Below, in pieces: positions 1 to 15,000 of a DNA stretch of 64,000 nucleotides (the stretch's first letter is position 1; every line of letters begins with the position of its first letter). Origin of the DNA: Eledone cirrhosa (lineage: Eukaryota). The notes under the pieces were generated by a model. The model saw only the letters and a program-made list of their open reading frames with translations. It did not search any database and was not told the origin of the DNA. Made by a program: the position numbers and the translations under genes. The stretch is taken from the NCBI GenBank assembly GCA_964016885.1, contig OZ024740.1:34348001-34412000 (forward strand), read 5' to 3'.

Positions 1-3000
1 AAGTGTAGCCCCCCCCCCAACTCCTAGAACCTCAAGAAACTTCATTTTTGCCAAGTGTAACCTCGACTCCTAGAACCTCAAGAAACTTCATTTTTGTCAA
101 GTGTAGCCCCCAACTCCTAGAACCTCAAGAAACTTCATTTTTGTCAAGTGTAGACCCCACCACTACAACCTAAAGAAACTTCATTTTTGTCAAGTGTAGC
201 CCCAACTCCTAGAATCTCAAGTAACTTCATTTTTGTCAAGTGTAGCCCCCCACCACTACAACCTAAAGAAACTTCATTTTTGTCAAGTGTAGCCCCCAAC
301 TCCTAGAATCTCAAGTAACTTCATTTTTGTCAAGTGTAGCCCCCCACCACTACAACCTAAAGAAACTTCATTTTTGTCAAGTGTAGCCCCCAACTCCTAG
401 AATATCAAGTAACTTCATTTTTGTCAAGTGTAGCCCCCCGACTCCTAGAACCTCAAGAAACTTCATTTTTGCCAAGTGTAACCTCGACTCCTAGAACCTC
501 AAGAAACTTCATTTTTGTCAAGTGTAGCCCCCAACTCCTAGAACCTCAAGAAACTTCATTTTTGTCAAGTGTAGCCCCCAACTCCTAGAACCTCAAGAAA
601 CTTCATTTTTGTCAAGTGTAGCCACCAACTCCTAGAATCTCAAGTAACTTCATTTTTGTCAAGTGTAGCCCCCCGACTCCTAGAACCTAAAGAAAGTTCA
701 TTTTTGTCAAGTGTAGCCCCCACCCCCCGACTCCTAGAACCTCAAGAAACTTCATTTTTGTCAAGTGTAGCCCACCGACTCCTAGACCCTCAAGAAACTT
801 CACTTTTGTCAAGTGTAGCCCCCAACTCCTAGAATCTCAAGAAACTTCATTTTTGTCAAGTGTAGCTCCCAACTCCTAGAACCCCAAGAAACTTCATTCT
901 TGTCAAGTGTAGCCTCCAATTCCTAGAACCTCAAGAAACTTCATTTTTGTTAAGTGTAGCCCCCCCGACTCCTAGAACCCCAAGAAACTTCATTTTTGTC
1001 AAGTGTAGCTCCCAACTCCTAGAACCCCAAGAAACTTCATTCTTGTCAAGTGTAGCCTCCAATTCCTAGAACCTCAAGAAACTTCATTTTTGTCAAGTGT
1101 AGCCCCCCGACTCCTAGACCCTCAAGAAACTTCACTTTTGTCAAGTGTAGCCCACAACTCCTAGAATCTCAAGAAACTTCACTTTTGTCAAGTGTAGCCT
1201 CCAACTCCTAGAACCTCAAGAAACTTTATTTTTGTCAAGTGTAGCCCCCCAACTCCTAGAACCTCAAGAAACTTCATTTTTGTCAAGTGTAGCACCCAAC
1301 CCCTAGAACCTCAAGAAACTTTATTTTTGTCAAGTGTAGCCCCCAACTCCTAGAACCTGAAGAAACTTCATTTTTGTCAAGTGTAGCCCTCCAACTCCTA
1401 GAACCTCAAGAAATTTTATTTTTGTCAAGTGTAGCCCCTCAACTCCTAGAACCTCAAGAAACTTCATTTTTGTCAGGTGTAGCCCCCAACTCCTAGAACC
1501 TGAAGAAACTTCATTTTTGTCAAGTGTAGCCCTCCAACTCCTAGAACCTCAAGAAGCTTCATTTTTGTCAAGTGTAGCCCCCCAACTCCTAGAACCCCAA
1601 GAAAATTCATTTTTGTCAAGTGTAGCCCCCCAACTCCTAGAACGCCAAGAAAATTCATTTTTGTCAAGTGTAGCCCCCAACTCCTAGAACCACAAGAAAG
1701 TTCATTTTCGTCAAGTGTAGCCTCCCGACTCCTAGAACCTCAAGAAACTTTATTTTTGTCAAGTGTAGCACCCAACCCATAGAACCTCAAGAAATTTCAT
1801 TTTTGTCAAGTGTAGCCTCCTCGGCTTCTAGAACCTCAAGAAACTTCATTTTCGGAAAGTGTAGTCCCCCCCCCCGACTCCTAGAACCTCAAGAAACTTC
1901 ACTTTTGTCAAGTGTAGCCCCCCAACTCCTAGAACCTCAAGAAACATCATTTTTGTCAGGTGTAGCCCCCCATCTCCTAGAACCTCAAGAAACTTCACTT
2001 TTGTCAAGTGTAGCCCCAAACTCCTAGAACCTCAAGAAACTTCATTTTTGTCAAGTGTAGCTCCCCGACTCCTAGAACCTCAAGAAACTTCATTTTTGTC
2101 AAGTGTAGCCCCCCGACTCCTAGAAACTTAAGAAACTTCATTTTTGTCAAGTGTAGCCACGAAATCCTAGAACCCCAAGAAAGTTTATTTTTGTCAAGTG
2201 TAGCCACACCCCCCGACTCCTAGAACCTCAAGAAACTTCATTTTTGTCAAGTGTAGCCCCAACTCCTAGAACCTCAAGAAACTTCATTTTTGTCAGGTGT
2301 AGCCCCCAACTCCTAGAACCTCAAGAAACTTCATTTTTGTCAAGTGTAGCCCCAAACTCCTAGAACCTCAAGAAACTTCATTTTTGTCAAGTGTAGCTCC
2401 CCGACTCCTAGAACCTCAAGAAACTTCCTTTTTGTCAAGTGTAGCCCCCGACTCCTAGAACCTCAAGAAACTTCATTTTTGTCAAGTGTAGCCACAAAAT
2501 CCTAGAACCCCAAGAAAGTTTATTTTTGTCAAGTGTAGCCACACCCCCCGACTCCTAGAACCTCAAGAAACTTCATTTTTGTCAAGTGTAGCCCCAACTC
2601 CTAGAACCTCAAGAAAATTCATTTTTGTCAAGTGTAGCCCCCAACTCCTAGAACCTCAAGAAACATCATTTTTGTCAAGTGTAGCCCTCCAACTCCTAGA
2701 ACCTCAAGAAACATCATTTTTGTCAAGTGTAGCCCTCCAACTCCTAGAACCTCAAGAAACTTCATTTTTCTCAAGTGTAGCCCCCAACTCCTAGAACCTC
2801 AAGAAACTTCATTTTTCTCAAGTGTAGCCCTCAACTCCTAGAACCTCAAGAAACTTTATTTTTGTGAAGCGTAGCCCCCCCCCAACTCCTAGAACCTCAA
2901 GAAACTTCATTTTTGTCAAGTGTAGCACCCAACTCCTAGAACCTCAAGAAACTTCACTTTTGTCAAGTGTAGCCCCCCACCCCTACAACCTCAAGAAACT

Positions 3001-6000
3001 TCATTTTTGTCAAGTGTAGACCCCCGACTCCTAGAACCCCAAGAAACTTCATTTTTGTCAAGTGTAGCCCACAAATCCTAGAACCACAAGAAAGTTTATT
3101 TTTGTCAAGTGTAGCCACCCCCCCCGACTCCTAGAACCTCAAGAAACTTCATTTTTGTCAAGTGTAGCCCCAACTCCTAGAAACTCAAGAAACATCATTT
3201 TTGTCAAGTGTAGCCCCCAACTCCTAGAACCACAAGAAAGTTCATTTTTGTCAAGTGTAGCCCCCCGACTCCTAGAACCTCAAGAAACTTTATTTTTTTC
3301 AAGTGTAGCCCCAACTCCTAGAACCTCAAGAAACTTCATTTTTTTCAAGTGTAGCACCCAACCCATAGAACCTCAATAAACTTCATTTTTGTCAAGTGTA
3401 GCCCCCAACTCCTAGAACCTCAATAAACTTCATTTTTGTCAAGTGTAGCCCCCCAACTCCTAGAACCTCAAGAAACTTCATTTTTGTCAAGTGTAGCCCC
3501 CCCAACTCCTAGAACCCCAAGAAAATTCATTTTTGTCAAGTGTAGCCCCCAACTCCTAGAACCTCAAGAAACTTTATTTTTTTGAAGTGTAGCCCCCCCA
3601 ACTCCTAGAACCTCAAGAAACTTCATTTTTGTCAAGTGTAGCCTCCAACTCCTAGAACGCCAAGAGAGTTCATTTTTTTCAAGTGTAGCCCCCCCCCCCG
3701 ACTCCTAGAACCTCAAGAAACTTAATTTTTGTCAAGTGTAGCCCCCCGACTCCTAGAACCTCAAGTAACTTTATTTTTGTCAAGTGTAGCTCCCCGACTC
3801 CTAGAACCTCAAGAAACTTCATTTTTGTCAGGTGTAGCCCCCAACTCCTAGAACCTCAAGAAACTTTATTTTTGTGAAGTGTAGCCCCCCCAACTCCTAG
3901 AACCTCAAGAAACTTCATTTTTGTCAAGTGTAGCCCCCCATCTCCTAGAACCTCAAGAAACTTCATTTTTATCAAGTGTAGCCCCAAACTCCTAGAACCT
4001 CAAGAAACTTCATTTTTGTCAAGTGTAGCCCCCCCGACTCCTAGAACCCCAAGAAAGTTCATTTTTGTCAAGTGTAGCAACACCCCCGACTCCTAGAACC
4101 TCAAGAAACTTCATTTTTGTCAAGTGTAGCACCCAACCACTAGAACCTCAAGAAACTTCATTTTTGTCAGGTGTAGCCTCCTCGGCTCCTAGAACCTCAA
4201 GAAGCTTCATTATTGTCAAGTGTAGCCCCCGACTCCTAGAACCCCAAGAAAGTTCATTTTTGTCAAGTGTAGCCACACCCCCCGACTCCTAGAACCTAAA
4301 GAAACTTCATTTTTGTCAAGTGTAGCTCCCCAACTCCTAGAACCTCAAGAAACTTCATTTTTGTCAAGTGTAGCCCCCAACTCCTAGAACCTCAAGAAAC
4401 TTTATTTTTGTCAAGTGTAGCCTCCCCAACTCCTAGAACCTCAAGAAACTTCATTTTTGCCAAGTGTAGCCCCCAACACCTAGAACCTGAAGTAACTTCA
4501 TTTTTGTCAAGTGTAGCCCCCGACTCCTAGAACCCCAAGAAACTTTACTTTTGTCAAGTGTAGCCCCCACCCGTACAACCTGAAGAAACTTCATTTTTGT
4601 CAAGTGTAGCCCACCGACTCCTAGAACCCCAAGAAAGTTCATTTTGTCAAGTGTAGCCCCCCACCACTACAACCTAAAGAAACTTCATTTTTGTCAAGTG
4701 TAGCCCCCAACTCCTAGAATCTCAAGTAACTTCATTTTTGTCAAGTGTAGCCCCCCGACTCCTAGAACCTAAAGAAAGTTCATTTTTGTCAAGTGTAGCC
4801 CCCACCCCCCCGACTCCTAGAACCTCAAGAAACTTCATTTTTGTCAAGTGTAGCCCCCCGACTCCTAGACCCTCAAGAAACTTCACTTTTGTCAAGTGTA
4901 GCCCCCAACTCCTAGAATCTCAAGAAACTTCATTTTTGTCAAGTGTAGCTCCCAACTCCTAGAACCCCAAGAAACTTCATTCTTGTCAAGTGTAGCCTCC
5001 AATTCCTAGAACCTCAAGAAACTTCATTTTTGTTAAGTGTAGCCCCCCCCCGACTCCTAGAACCTAAAGAAAGTTCATTTTTGTCAAGTGTAGCCCCCAC
5101 CCCCCCGACTCCTAGAACCTCAAGAAACTTCATTTTTGTCAAGTGTAGCCCCCCGACTCCTAGACCCTCAAGAAACTTCACTTTTGTCAAGTGTAGCCCC
5201 CAACTCCTAGAATCTCAAGAAACTTCATTTTTGTCAAGTGTAGCTCCCAACTCCTAGAACCCCAAGAAACTTCATTCTTGTCAAGTGTAGCCTCCAATTC
5301 CTAGAACCTCAAGAAACTTCATTTTTGTTAAGTGTAGCCCCCCCGACTCCTAGAACCTCAAGAAACTTCATTTTTGACAAGTGTAGCCCCCCAACTCCTA
5401 GAACCCCAAGAAACTTCATTCTTGTCAAGTGTAGCCTCCAATTCCTAGAACCTCAAGTAACTTCATCTTTGTTAAGTGTAGCCCCCCCGACTCCTAGAAC
5501 CTCAAGAAACTTCATTTTTGTCAAGTGTAGCCCCCCCGACTCCTAGAACCTCAAGAAACTTCATTTTTGTTAAGTGTAGCCCCCCCCCCCCAACTCCTAG
5601 AACCTCAAGAAACTTCATTTTTGCCAAGTGTAACCTCGACTCCTAGAACCTCAAGAAACTTCATTTTTGTCAAGTGTAGCCCCCAACTCCTAGAACCTCA
5701 AGAAACTTCCTTTTTGCCAAGTGTAACCTCGACTCCTAGAACCTCAAGAAACTTCATTTTTGTCAAGTGTAGCCCCCAACTCCTAGAACCTCAAGAAACT
5801 TCATTTTTGTCAAGTGTAGCCCCCAACTCCTAGAATCTCAAGTAACTTCATTTTTGTCAAGTGTAGCCCCCCACCACTACAACCTAAAGAAACTTCATTT
5901 TTGTGAAGTGTAGCCCCCAACTCCTAGAATCTCAAGTAACTTCATTTTTGTCAAGTGTAGCCCCCACCACTACAACCTAAAGAAACTTCATTTTTGTCAA

Positions 6001-9000
6001 GTGTAGCCCCCAACTCCTAGAATCTCAAGTAACTTCATTTTTGTCAAGTGTAGCCCCCCACCACTACAACCTAAAGAAACTTCATCTTTGTCAAGTGTAG
6101 CCCCCAACTCCTAGAATCTCAAGTAACTTCATTTTTGTCAAGTGTAGCCCTCCGACTCCTAGAACCTCAAGAAACTTCATTTTTGTCAAGTGTAGCCCCC
6201 AACTCCTAGAACCTCAAGAAACTTCATTTTTGTCAAGTGTAGCCACCAACTCCTAGAATCTCAAGTAACTTCATTTTTGTCAAGTGTAGCCCCCCGACTC
6301 CTAGAACCTAAAGAAAGTTCATTTTTGTCAAGTGTAGCCCCCACCCCCCGACTCCTAGAACCTCAAGAAACTTCATTTTTGTCAAGTGTAGCCCACCGAC
6401 TCCTAGACCCTCAAGAAACTTCACTTTTGTCAAGTGTAGCCCCCAACTCCTAGAATCTCAAGAAACTTCATTTTTGTCAAGTGTAGCTCCCAACTCCTAG
6501 AACCCCAAGAAACTTCATTCTTGTCAAGTGTAGCCTCCAATTCCTAGAACCTCAAGAAACTTCATTTTTGTTAAGTGTAGCCCCCCCGACTCCTAGAACC
6601 CCAAGAAACTTCATTTTTGTCAAGTGTAGCTCCCAACTCCTAGAACCCCAAGAAACTTCATTCTTGTCAAGTGTAGCCTCCAATTCCTAGAACCTCAAGA
6701 AACTTCATTTTTGTCAAGTGTAGCCCCCCGACTCCTAGACCCTCAAGAAACTTCACTTTTGTCAAGTGTAGCCCACAACTCCTAGAATCTCAAGAAACTT
6801 CACTTTTGTCAAGTGTAGCCTCCAACTCCTAGAACCTCAAGAAACTTTATTTTTGTCAAGTGTAGCCCCCCAACTCCTAGAACCTCAAGAAACTTCATTT
6901 TTGTCAAGTGTAGCACCCAACCCCTAGAACCTCAAGAAACTTTATTTTTGTCAAGTGTAGCCCCCAACTCCTAGAACCTGAAGAAACTTCATTTTTGTCA
7001 AGTGTAGCCCTCCAACTCCTAGAACCTCAAGAAATTATATTTTTGTCAAGTGTAGCCCCCCAACTCCTAGAACCTCAAGAAACTTCATTTTTGTCAGGTG
7101 TAGCCCCCAACTCCTAGAACCTGAAGAAACTTCATTTTTGTCAAGTGTAGCCCTCCAACTCCTAGAACCTCAAGAAGCTTCATTTTTGTCAAGTGTAGCC
7201 CCCCAACTCCTAGAACCCCAAGAAAATTCATTTTTGTCAAGTGTAGCCCCCCAACTCCTAGAACGCCAAGAAAATTCATTTTTGTCAAGTGTAGCCCCCA
7301 ACTCCTAGAACCACAAGAAAGTTCATTTTCGTCAAGTGTAGCCTCCCGACTCCTAGAACCTCAAGAAACTTTATTTTTGTCAAGTGTAGCACCCAACCCA
7401 TAGAACCTCAAGAAATTTCATTTTTGTCAAGTGTAGCCTCCTCGGCTTCTAGAACCTCAAGAAACTTCATTTTCGGAAAGTGTAGTCCCCCCCCCGACTC
7501 CTAGAACCTCAAGAAACTTCACTTTTGTCAAGTGTAGCCCCCCAACTCCTAGAACCTCAAGAAACATCATTTTTGTCAGGTGTAGCCCCCCATCTCCTAG
7601 AACCTCAAGAAACTTCACTTTTGTCAAGTGTAGCCCCAAACTCCTAGAACCTCAAGAAACTTCATTTTTGTCAAGTGTAGCTCCCCGACTCCTAGAACCT
7701 CAAGAAACTTCATTTTTGTCAAGTGTAGCCCCCGACTCCTAGAACCTCAAGAAACTTCATTTTTGTCAAGTGTAGCCACAAAATCCTAGAACCCCAAGAA
7801 AGTATATTTTTGTCAAGTGTAGCCACACCCCCCGACTCCTAGAACCTCAAGAAACTTCATTTTTGTCAAGTGTAGCCCCAACTCCTAGAACCTCAAGAAA
7901 ATTCATTTTTGTCAAGTGTAGCCCCCAACTCCTAGAACCTCAAGAAACATAATTTTTGTCAAGTGTAGCCCTCCAACTCCTAGAACCTCAAGAAACATCA
8001 TTTTTGTCAAGTGTAGCCCTCCAACTCCTAGAACCTCAAGAAACTTCATTTTTCTCAAGTGTAGCCCCCAACTCCTAGAACCTCAAGAAACTTCATTTTT
8101 CTCAAGTGTAGCCCTCAACTCCTAGAACCTCAAGAAACTTTATTTTTGTGAAGTGTAGCCCCCCCCAACTCCTAGAACCTCAAGAAACTTCATTTTTGTC
8201 AAGTGTAGCACCCAACTCCTAGAACCTCAAGAAACTTCACTTTTGTCAAGTGTAGCCCCCCACCCCTACAACCTCAAGAAACTTCATTTTTGTCAAGTGT
8301 AGACCCCCGACTCCTAGAACCCCAAGAAACTTCATTTTTGTCAAGTGTAGCCCACAAATCCTAGAACCACAAGAAAGTTTATTTTTGTCAAGTGTAGCCA
8401 CCCCCCCCGACTCCTAGAACCACAAGAAACTTCATTTTTGTCAAGTGTAGCCCCAACTCCTAGAAACTCAAGAAACATCATTTTTGTCAAGTGTAGCCCC
8501 CAACTCCTAGAACCACAAGAAAGTTCATTTTTGTCAAGTGTAGCCCCCCGACTCCTAGAACCTCAAGAAACTTTATTTTTTTCAAGTGTAGCCCCAACTC
8601 CTAGAACCTCAAGAAACTTCATTTTTTTCAAGTGTAGCACCCAACCCATAGAACCTCAATAAACTTCATTTTTGTCAAGTGTAGCCCACAACTCCTAGAA
8701 CCTCAATAAACTTCATTTTTGTCAAGTGTAGCCCCCCAACTCCTAGAACCTCAAGAAACTTCATTTTTGTCAAGTGTAGCCCCCCCAACTCCTAGAACCC
8801 CAAGAAAATTCATTTTTGTCAAGTGTAGCCCCCAACTCCTAGAACCTCAAGAAACTTCATTTTTGTCAAGTGTAGCCTCCAACTCCTAGAACGCCAAGAG
8901 AGTTCATTTTTTTCAAGTGTAGCCCCCCCCCCCGACTCCTAGAACCTCAAGAAACTTAATTTTTGTCAAGTGTAGCCCCCCGACTCCTAGAACCTCAAGT

Positions 9001-12000
9001 AACTTTATTTTTGTCAAGTGTAGCTCCCCGACTCCTAGAACCTCAAGAAACTTCATTTTTGTCAGGTGTAGCCCCCAACTCCTAGAACCTCAAGAAACTT
9101 TATTTTTGTGAAGTGTAGCCCCCCCAACTCCTAGAACCTCAAGAAACTTCATTTTTGTCAAGTGTAGCCCCCCATCTCCTAGAACCTCAAGAAACTTCAT
9201 TTTTATCAAGTGTAGCCCCAAACTCCTAGAACCTCAAGAAACTTCATTTTTGTCAAGTGTAGCCCCCCCGACTCCTAGAACACCAAGAAAGTTCATTTTT
9301 GTCAAGTGTAGCAGCACCCCCGACTCCTAGAACCTCAAGAAACTTCATTTTTGTCAAGTGTAGCACCCAACCACTAGAACCTCAAGAAACTTCATTTTTG
9401 TCAGGTGTAGCCTCCTCGGCTCCTAGAACCTCAAGAAGCTTCATTATTGTCAAGTGTAGCCCCCGACTCCTAGAACCCCAAGAAAGTTCATTTTTGTCAA
9501 GTGTAGCCACACCCCCCGACTCCTAGAACCTAAAGAAACTTCATTTTTGTCAAGTGTAGCTCCCCAACTCCTAGAACCTCAAGAAACTTCATTTTTGTCA
9601 AGTGTAGCCCCCAACTCCTAGAACCTCAAGAAACTTTATTTTTGTCAAGTGTAGCCTCCCCAACTCCTAGAACCTCAAGAAACTTCATTTTTGCCAAGTG
9701 TAGCCCCCAACACCTAGAACCTGAAGTAACTTCATTTTTGTCAAGTGTAGCCCCCGACTCCTAGAACCCCAAGAAACTTTACTTTTGTCAAGTGTAGCCC
9801 CCACCCGTACAACCTGAAGAAACTTCATTTTTGTCAAGTGTAGCCCACCGACTCCTAGAACCCCAAGAAAGTTCATTTTGTCAAGTGTAGCCCCCCACCA
9901 CTACAACCTAAAGAAACTTCATTTTTGTCAAGTGTAGCCCCCAACTCCTAGAATCTCAAGTAACTTCATTTTTGTCAAGTGTAGCCCCCCGACTCCTAGA
10001 ACCTAAAGAAAGTTCATTTTTGTCAAGTGTAGCCCCCACCCCCCCGACTCCTAGAACCTCAAGAAACTTCATTTTTGTCAAGTGTAGCCCCCCGACTCCT
10101 AGACCCTCAAGAAACTTCACTTTTGTCAAGTGTAGCCCCCAACTCCTAGAATCTCAAGAAACTTCATTTTTGTCAAGTGTAGCTCCCAACTCCTAGAACC
10201 CCAAGAAACTTCATTCTTGTCAAGTGTAGCCTCCAATTCCTAGAACCTCAAGAAACTTCATTTTTGTTAAGTGTAGCCCCCCCGACTCCTAGAACCTAAA
10301 GAAAGTTCATTTTTGTCAAGTGTAGCCCCCACACCCCCGACTCCTAGAACCTCAAGAAACTTCATTTTTGTCAAGTGTAGCCCCCCGACTCCTAGACCCT
10401 CAAGAAACTTCACTTTTGTCAAGTGTAGCCCCTAACTCCTAGAATCTCAAGAAACTTCATTTTTGTCAAGTGGAGCTCCCAACTCCTAGAACCCCAAGAA
10501 ACTTCATTCTTGTCAAGTGTAGCCTCCAATTCCTAGAACCTCAAGAAACTTCATTTTTGTTAAGTGTAGCCCCCCCGACTCCTAGAACCTCAAGAAACTT
10601 CATTTTTGACAAGTGTAGCCCCCCAACTCCTAGAACCCCAAGAAACTTCATTCTTGTCAAGTGTAGCCTCCAATTCCTAGAACCTCAAGTAACTTCATCT
10701 TTGTTAAGTGTAGCCCCCCCGACTCCTAGAACCTCAAGAAACTTCATTTTTGTCAAGTGTAGCCCCCCCGACTCCTAGAACCTCAAGAAACTTCATTTTT
10801 GTTAAGTGTAGCCCCCCCCCCCAACTCCTAGAACCTCAAGAAACTTCATTTTTGCCAAGTGTAACCTCGACTCCTAGAACCTCAAGAAACTTCATTTTTG
10901 TCAAGTGTAGCCCCCAACTCCTAGAACCTCAAGAAACTTCCTTTTTGCCAAGTGTAACCTCGACTCCTAGAACCTCAAGAAACTTCATTTTTGTCAAGTG
11001 TAGCCCCCAACTCCTAGAACCTCAAGAAACTTCATTTTTGTCAAGTGTAGCCCCCAACTCCTAGAATCTCAAGTAACTTCATTTTTGTCAAGTGTAGCCC
11101 CCCACCACTACAACCTAAAGAAACTTCATTTTTGTGAAGTGTAGCCCCCAACTCCTAGAATCTCAAGTAACTTCATTTTTGTCAAGTGTAGCCCCCACCA
11201 CTACAACCTAAAGAAACTTCATTTTTGTCAAGTGTAGCCCCCAACTCCTAGAATCTCAAGTAACTTCATTTTTGTCAAGTGTAGCCCCCCACCACTACAA
11301 CCTAAAGAAACTTCATCTTTGTCAAGTGTAGCCCCCAACTCCTAGAATCTCAAGTAACTTCATTTTTGTCAAGTGTAGCCCCCCACCACTACAACCTAAA
11401 GAAACTTCATTTTTGTCAAGTGTAGCCCCCAACTCCTAGAATCTCAAGTAACTTCATTTTTGTCAAGTGTAGCCCCCCACCACTACAACCTAAAGAAACT
11501 TCATTTTTGTCAAGTGTAGCCCCCAACTCCTAGAATCTCAAGTAACTTAATTTTTATCAAGTGTAGCCCTCCGACTCCTAGAACCTCAAGAAACTTCATT
11601 TTTGCCAAGTGTAACCTCGACTCCTAGAACCTCAACAAACTTCATTTTTGTCAAGTGTAGCCCCCAACTCCTAGAACCTCGAGAAACTTCATTTTTGTCA
11701 AGTGTAGCCCCCAACTCCTAGAACCTCAAGAAACTTCATTTTTGTCAAGTGTAGCCCCCAACTCCTAGAACCTCAAGAAACTTCATTTTTGTCAAGTGTA
11801 GCCCCCAACTACTAGAATCTCAAGTAACTTCATTTTTGTCAAGTGTAGCCCCCCGACTCCTAGAACCTAAAGAAAGTTCATTTTTGTCAAGTGTAGCCCC
11901 CACCCCCCGACTCCTAGAACCTCAAGAAACTTCATTTTTGTCAAGTGTAGCCCCCAACTCCTAGAATCTCAAGTAACTTCATTTTTGTCAAGTGTAGCCC

Positions 12001-15000
12001 CCCGACTCCTAGAACCTAAAGAAAGTTCATTTTTGTCAAGTGTAGCCCCCACCCCCCCGACTCCTAGAACCTCAAGAAACTTCATTTTTGTCAAGTGTAG
12101 CCCCCCGACTCCTAGACCCTCAAGAAACTTCACTTTTGTCAAGTGTAGCCCCCAACTCCTAGAATCTCAAGAAACTTCATTTTTGTCAAGTGTAGCTCCC
12201 AACTCCTAGAACCCCAAGAAACTTCATTCTTGTCAAGTGTAGCCTCCAATTCCTAGAACCTCAAGAAACTTCATTTTTGTTAAGTGTAGCCCCCCCGACT
12301 CCTAGAACCTAAAGAAAGTTCATTTTTGTCAAGTGTAGCCCCCACACCCCCGACTCCTAGAACCTCAAGAAACTTCATTTTTGTCAAGTGTAGCCCCCCG
12401 ACTCCTAGACCCTCAAGAAACTTCACTTTTGTCAAGTGTAGCCCCTAACTCCTAGAATCTCAAGAAACTTCATTTTTGTCAAGTGGAGCTCCCAACTCCT
12501 AGAACCCCAAGAAACTTCATTCTTGTCAAGTGTAGCCTCCAATTCCTAGAACCTCAAGAAACTTCATTTTTGTTAAGTGTAGCCCCCCCGACTCCTAGAA
12601 CCTCAAGAAACTTCATTTTTGACAAGTGTAGCCCCCCAACTCCTAGAACCCCAAGAAACTTCATTCTTGTCAAGTGTAGCCTCCAATTCCTAGAACCTCA
12701 AGTAACTTCATCTTTGTTAAGTGTAGCCCCCCCGACTCCTAGAACCTCAAGAAACTTCATTTTTGTCAAGTGTAGCCCCCCCGACTCCTAGAACCTCAAG
12801 AAACTTCATTTTTGTTAAGTGTAGCCCCCCCCCCCAACTCCTAGAACCTCAAGAAACTTCATTTTTGCCAAGTGTAACCTCGACTCCTAGAACCTCAAGA
12901 AACTTCATTTTTGTCAAGTGTAGCCCCCAACTCCTAGAACCTCAAGAAACTTCCTTTTTGCCAAGTGTAACCTCGACTCCTAGAACCTCAAGAAACTTCA
13001 TTTTTGTCAAGTGTAGCCCCCAACTCCTAGAACCTCAAGAAACTTCATTTTTGTCAAGTGTAGCCCCCAACTCCTAGAATCTCAAGTAACTTCATTTTTG
13101 TCAAGTGTAGCCCCCCACCACTACAACCTAAAGAAACTTCATTTTTGTGAAGTGTAGCCCCCAACTCCTAGAATCTCAAGTAACTTCATTTTTGTCAAGT
13201 GTAGCCCCCACCACTACAACCTAAAGAAACTTCATTTTTGTCAAGTGTAGCCCCCAACTCCTAGAATCTCAAGTAACTTCATTTTTGTCAAGTGTAGCCC
13301 CCCACCACTACAACCTAAAGAAACTTCATCTTTGTCAAGTGTAGCCCCCAACTCCTAGAATCTCAAGTAACTTCATTTTTGTCAAGTGTAGCCCCCCACC
13401 ACTACAACCTAAAGAAACTTCATTTTTGTCAAGTGTAGCCCCCAACTCCTAGAATCTCAAGTAACTTCATTTTTGTCAAGTGTAGCCCCCCACCACTACA
13501 ACCTAAAGAAACTTCATTTTTGTCAAGTGTAGCCCCCAACTCCTAGAATCTCAAGTAACTTAATTTTTATCAAGTGTAGCCCTCCGACTCCTAGAACCTC
13601 AAGAAACTTCATTTTTGCCAAGTGTAACCTCGACTCCTAGAACCTCAACAAACTTCATTTTTGTCAAGTGTAGCCCCCAACTCCTAGAACCTCGAGAAAC
13701 TTCATTTTTGTCAAGTGTAGCCCCCAACTCCTAGAACCTCAAGAAACTTCATTTTTGTCAAGTGTAGCCCCCAACTCCTAGAACCTCAAGAAACTTCATT
13801 TTTGTCAAGTGTAGCCCCCAACTACTAGAATCTCAAGTAACTTCATTTTTGTCAAGTGTAGCCCCCCGACTCCTAGAACCTAAAGAAAGTTCATTTTTGT
13901 CAAGTGTAGCCCCCACCCCCCGACTCCTAGAACCTCAAGAAACTTCATTTTTGTCAAGTGTAGCCCCCAACTCCTAGAACCTCAAGAAAGTTCATTTTTG
14001 TTAAGTGTAGCCCCCCCGACTCCTAGAACCTCAAGAAACTTCATTTTTAACAAGTGTAGCCCCCCAACTCCTAGAACCCCAAGAAACTTCATTCTTGTCA
14101 AGTGTAGCCTCCAATTCCTAGAACCTCAAGTAACTTCATCTTTGTTAAGTGTAGCCCCCCCGACTCCTAGAACCTCAAGAAACTTCATTTTTGTCAAGTG
14201 TAGCCCCCCCGACTCCTAGAACCTCAAGAAACTTCATTTTTGTTAAGTGTAGCCCCCCCCCAACTCCTAGAACCTCAAGAAACTTCATTTTTGCCAAGTG
14301 TAACCTCGACTCCTAGAATCTCAAGTAACTTCATTTTTGTCAAGTGTAGCCCCCACCACTACAACCTAAAGAAACTTCATTTTTGTCAAGTGTAGCCCCA
14401 ACTCATAGAATCTCAAGTAACTTCATTTTTGTCAAGTGTAGCCCCCCACCACTACAACCTAAAGAAACTTCATTTTTGTCAAGTGTAGCCCCCAACTCCT
14501 AGAATCTCAAGTAACTTCATTTTTGTCAAGTGTAGCCCCCACCACTACAACCTAAAGAAACTTCATTTTTGTGAAGTGTAGCCCCCAACTCCTAGAATCT
14601 CAAGTAACTTCATTTTTGTCAAGTGTAGCCCCCCACCACTACAACCTAAAGAAACTTCATTTTTGTCAAGTGTAGCCCCCAACTCCTAGAATCTCAAGTA
14701 ACTTAATTTTTATCAAGTGTAGCCCCCCGACTCCTAGAACCTCAAGAAACTTCATTTTTGCCAAGTGTAACCTCGACTCCTAGAACCTCAACAAACTTTA
14801 TTTTTGTCAAGTGTAGCCCCCAACTCCTAGAACCTCAAGAAACTTCATTTTTGTCAAGTGTAGCCCCCAACTCCTAGAACCTCAAGAAACTTCATTTTTG
14901 TCAAGTGTAGCCCCCAACTCCTAGAACCTCAAGAAACTTCATTTTTGTCAAGTGTAGCCCCCAACTACTAGAATCTCAAGTAACTTCATTTTTGTCAAGT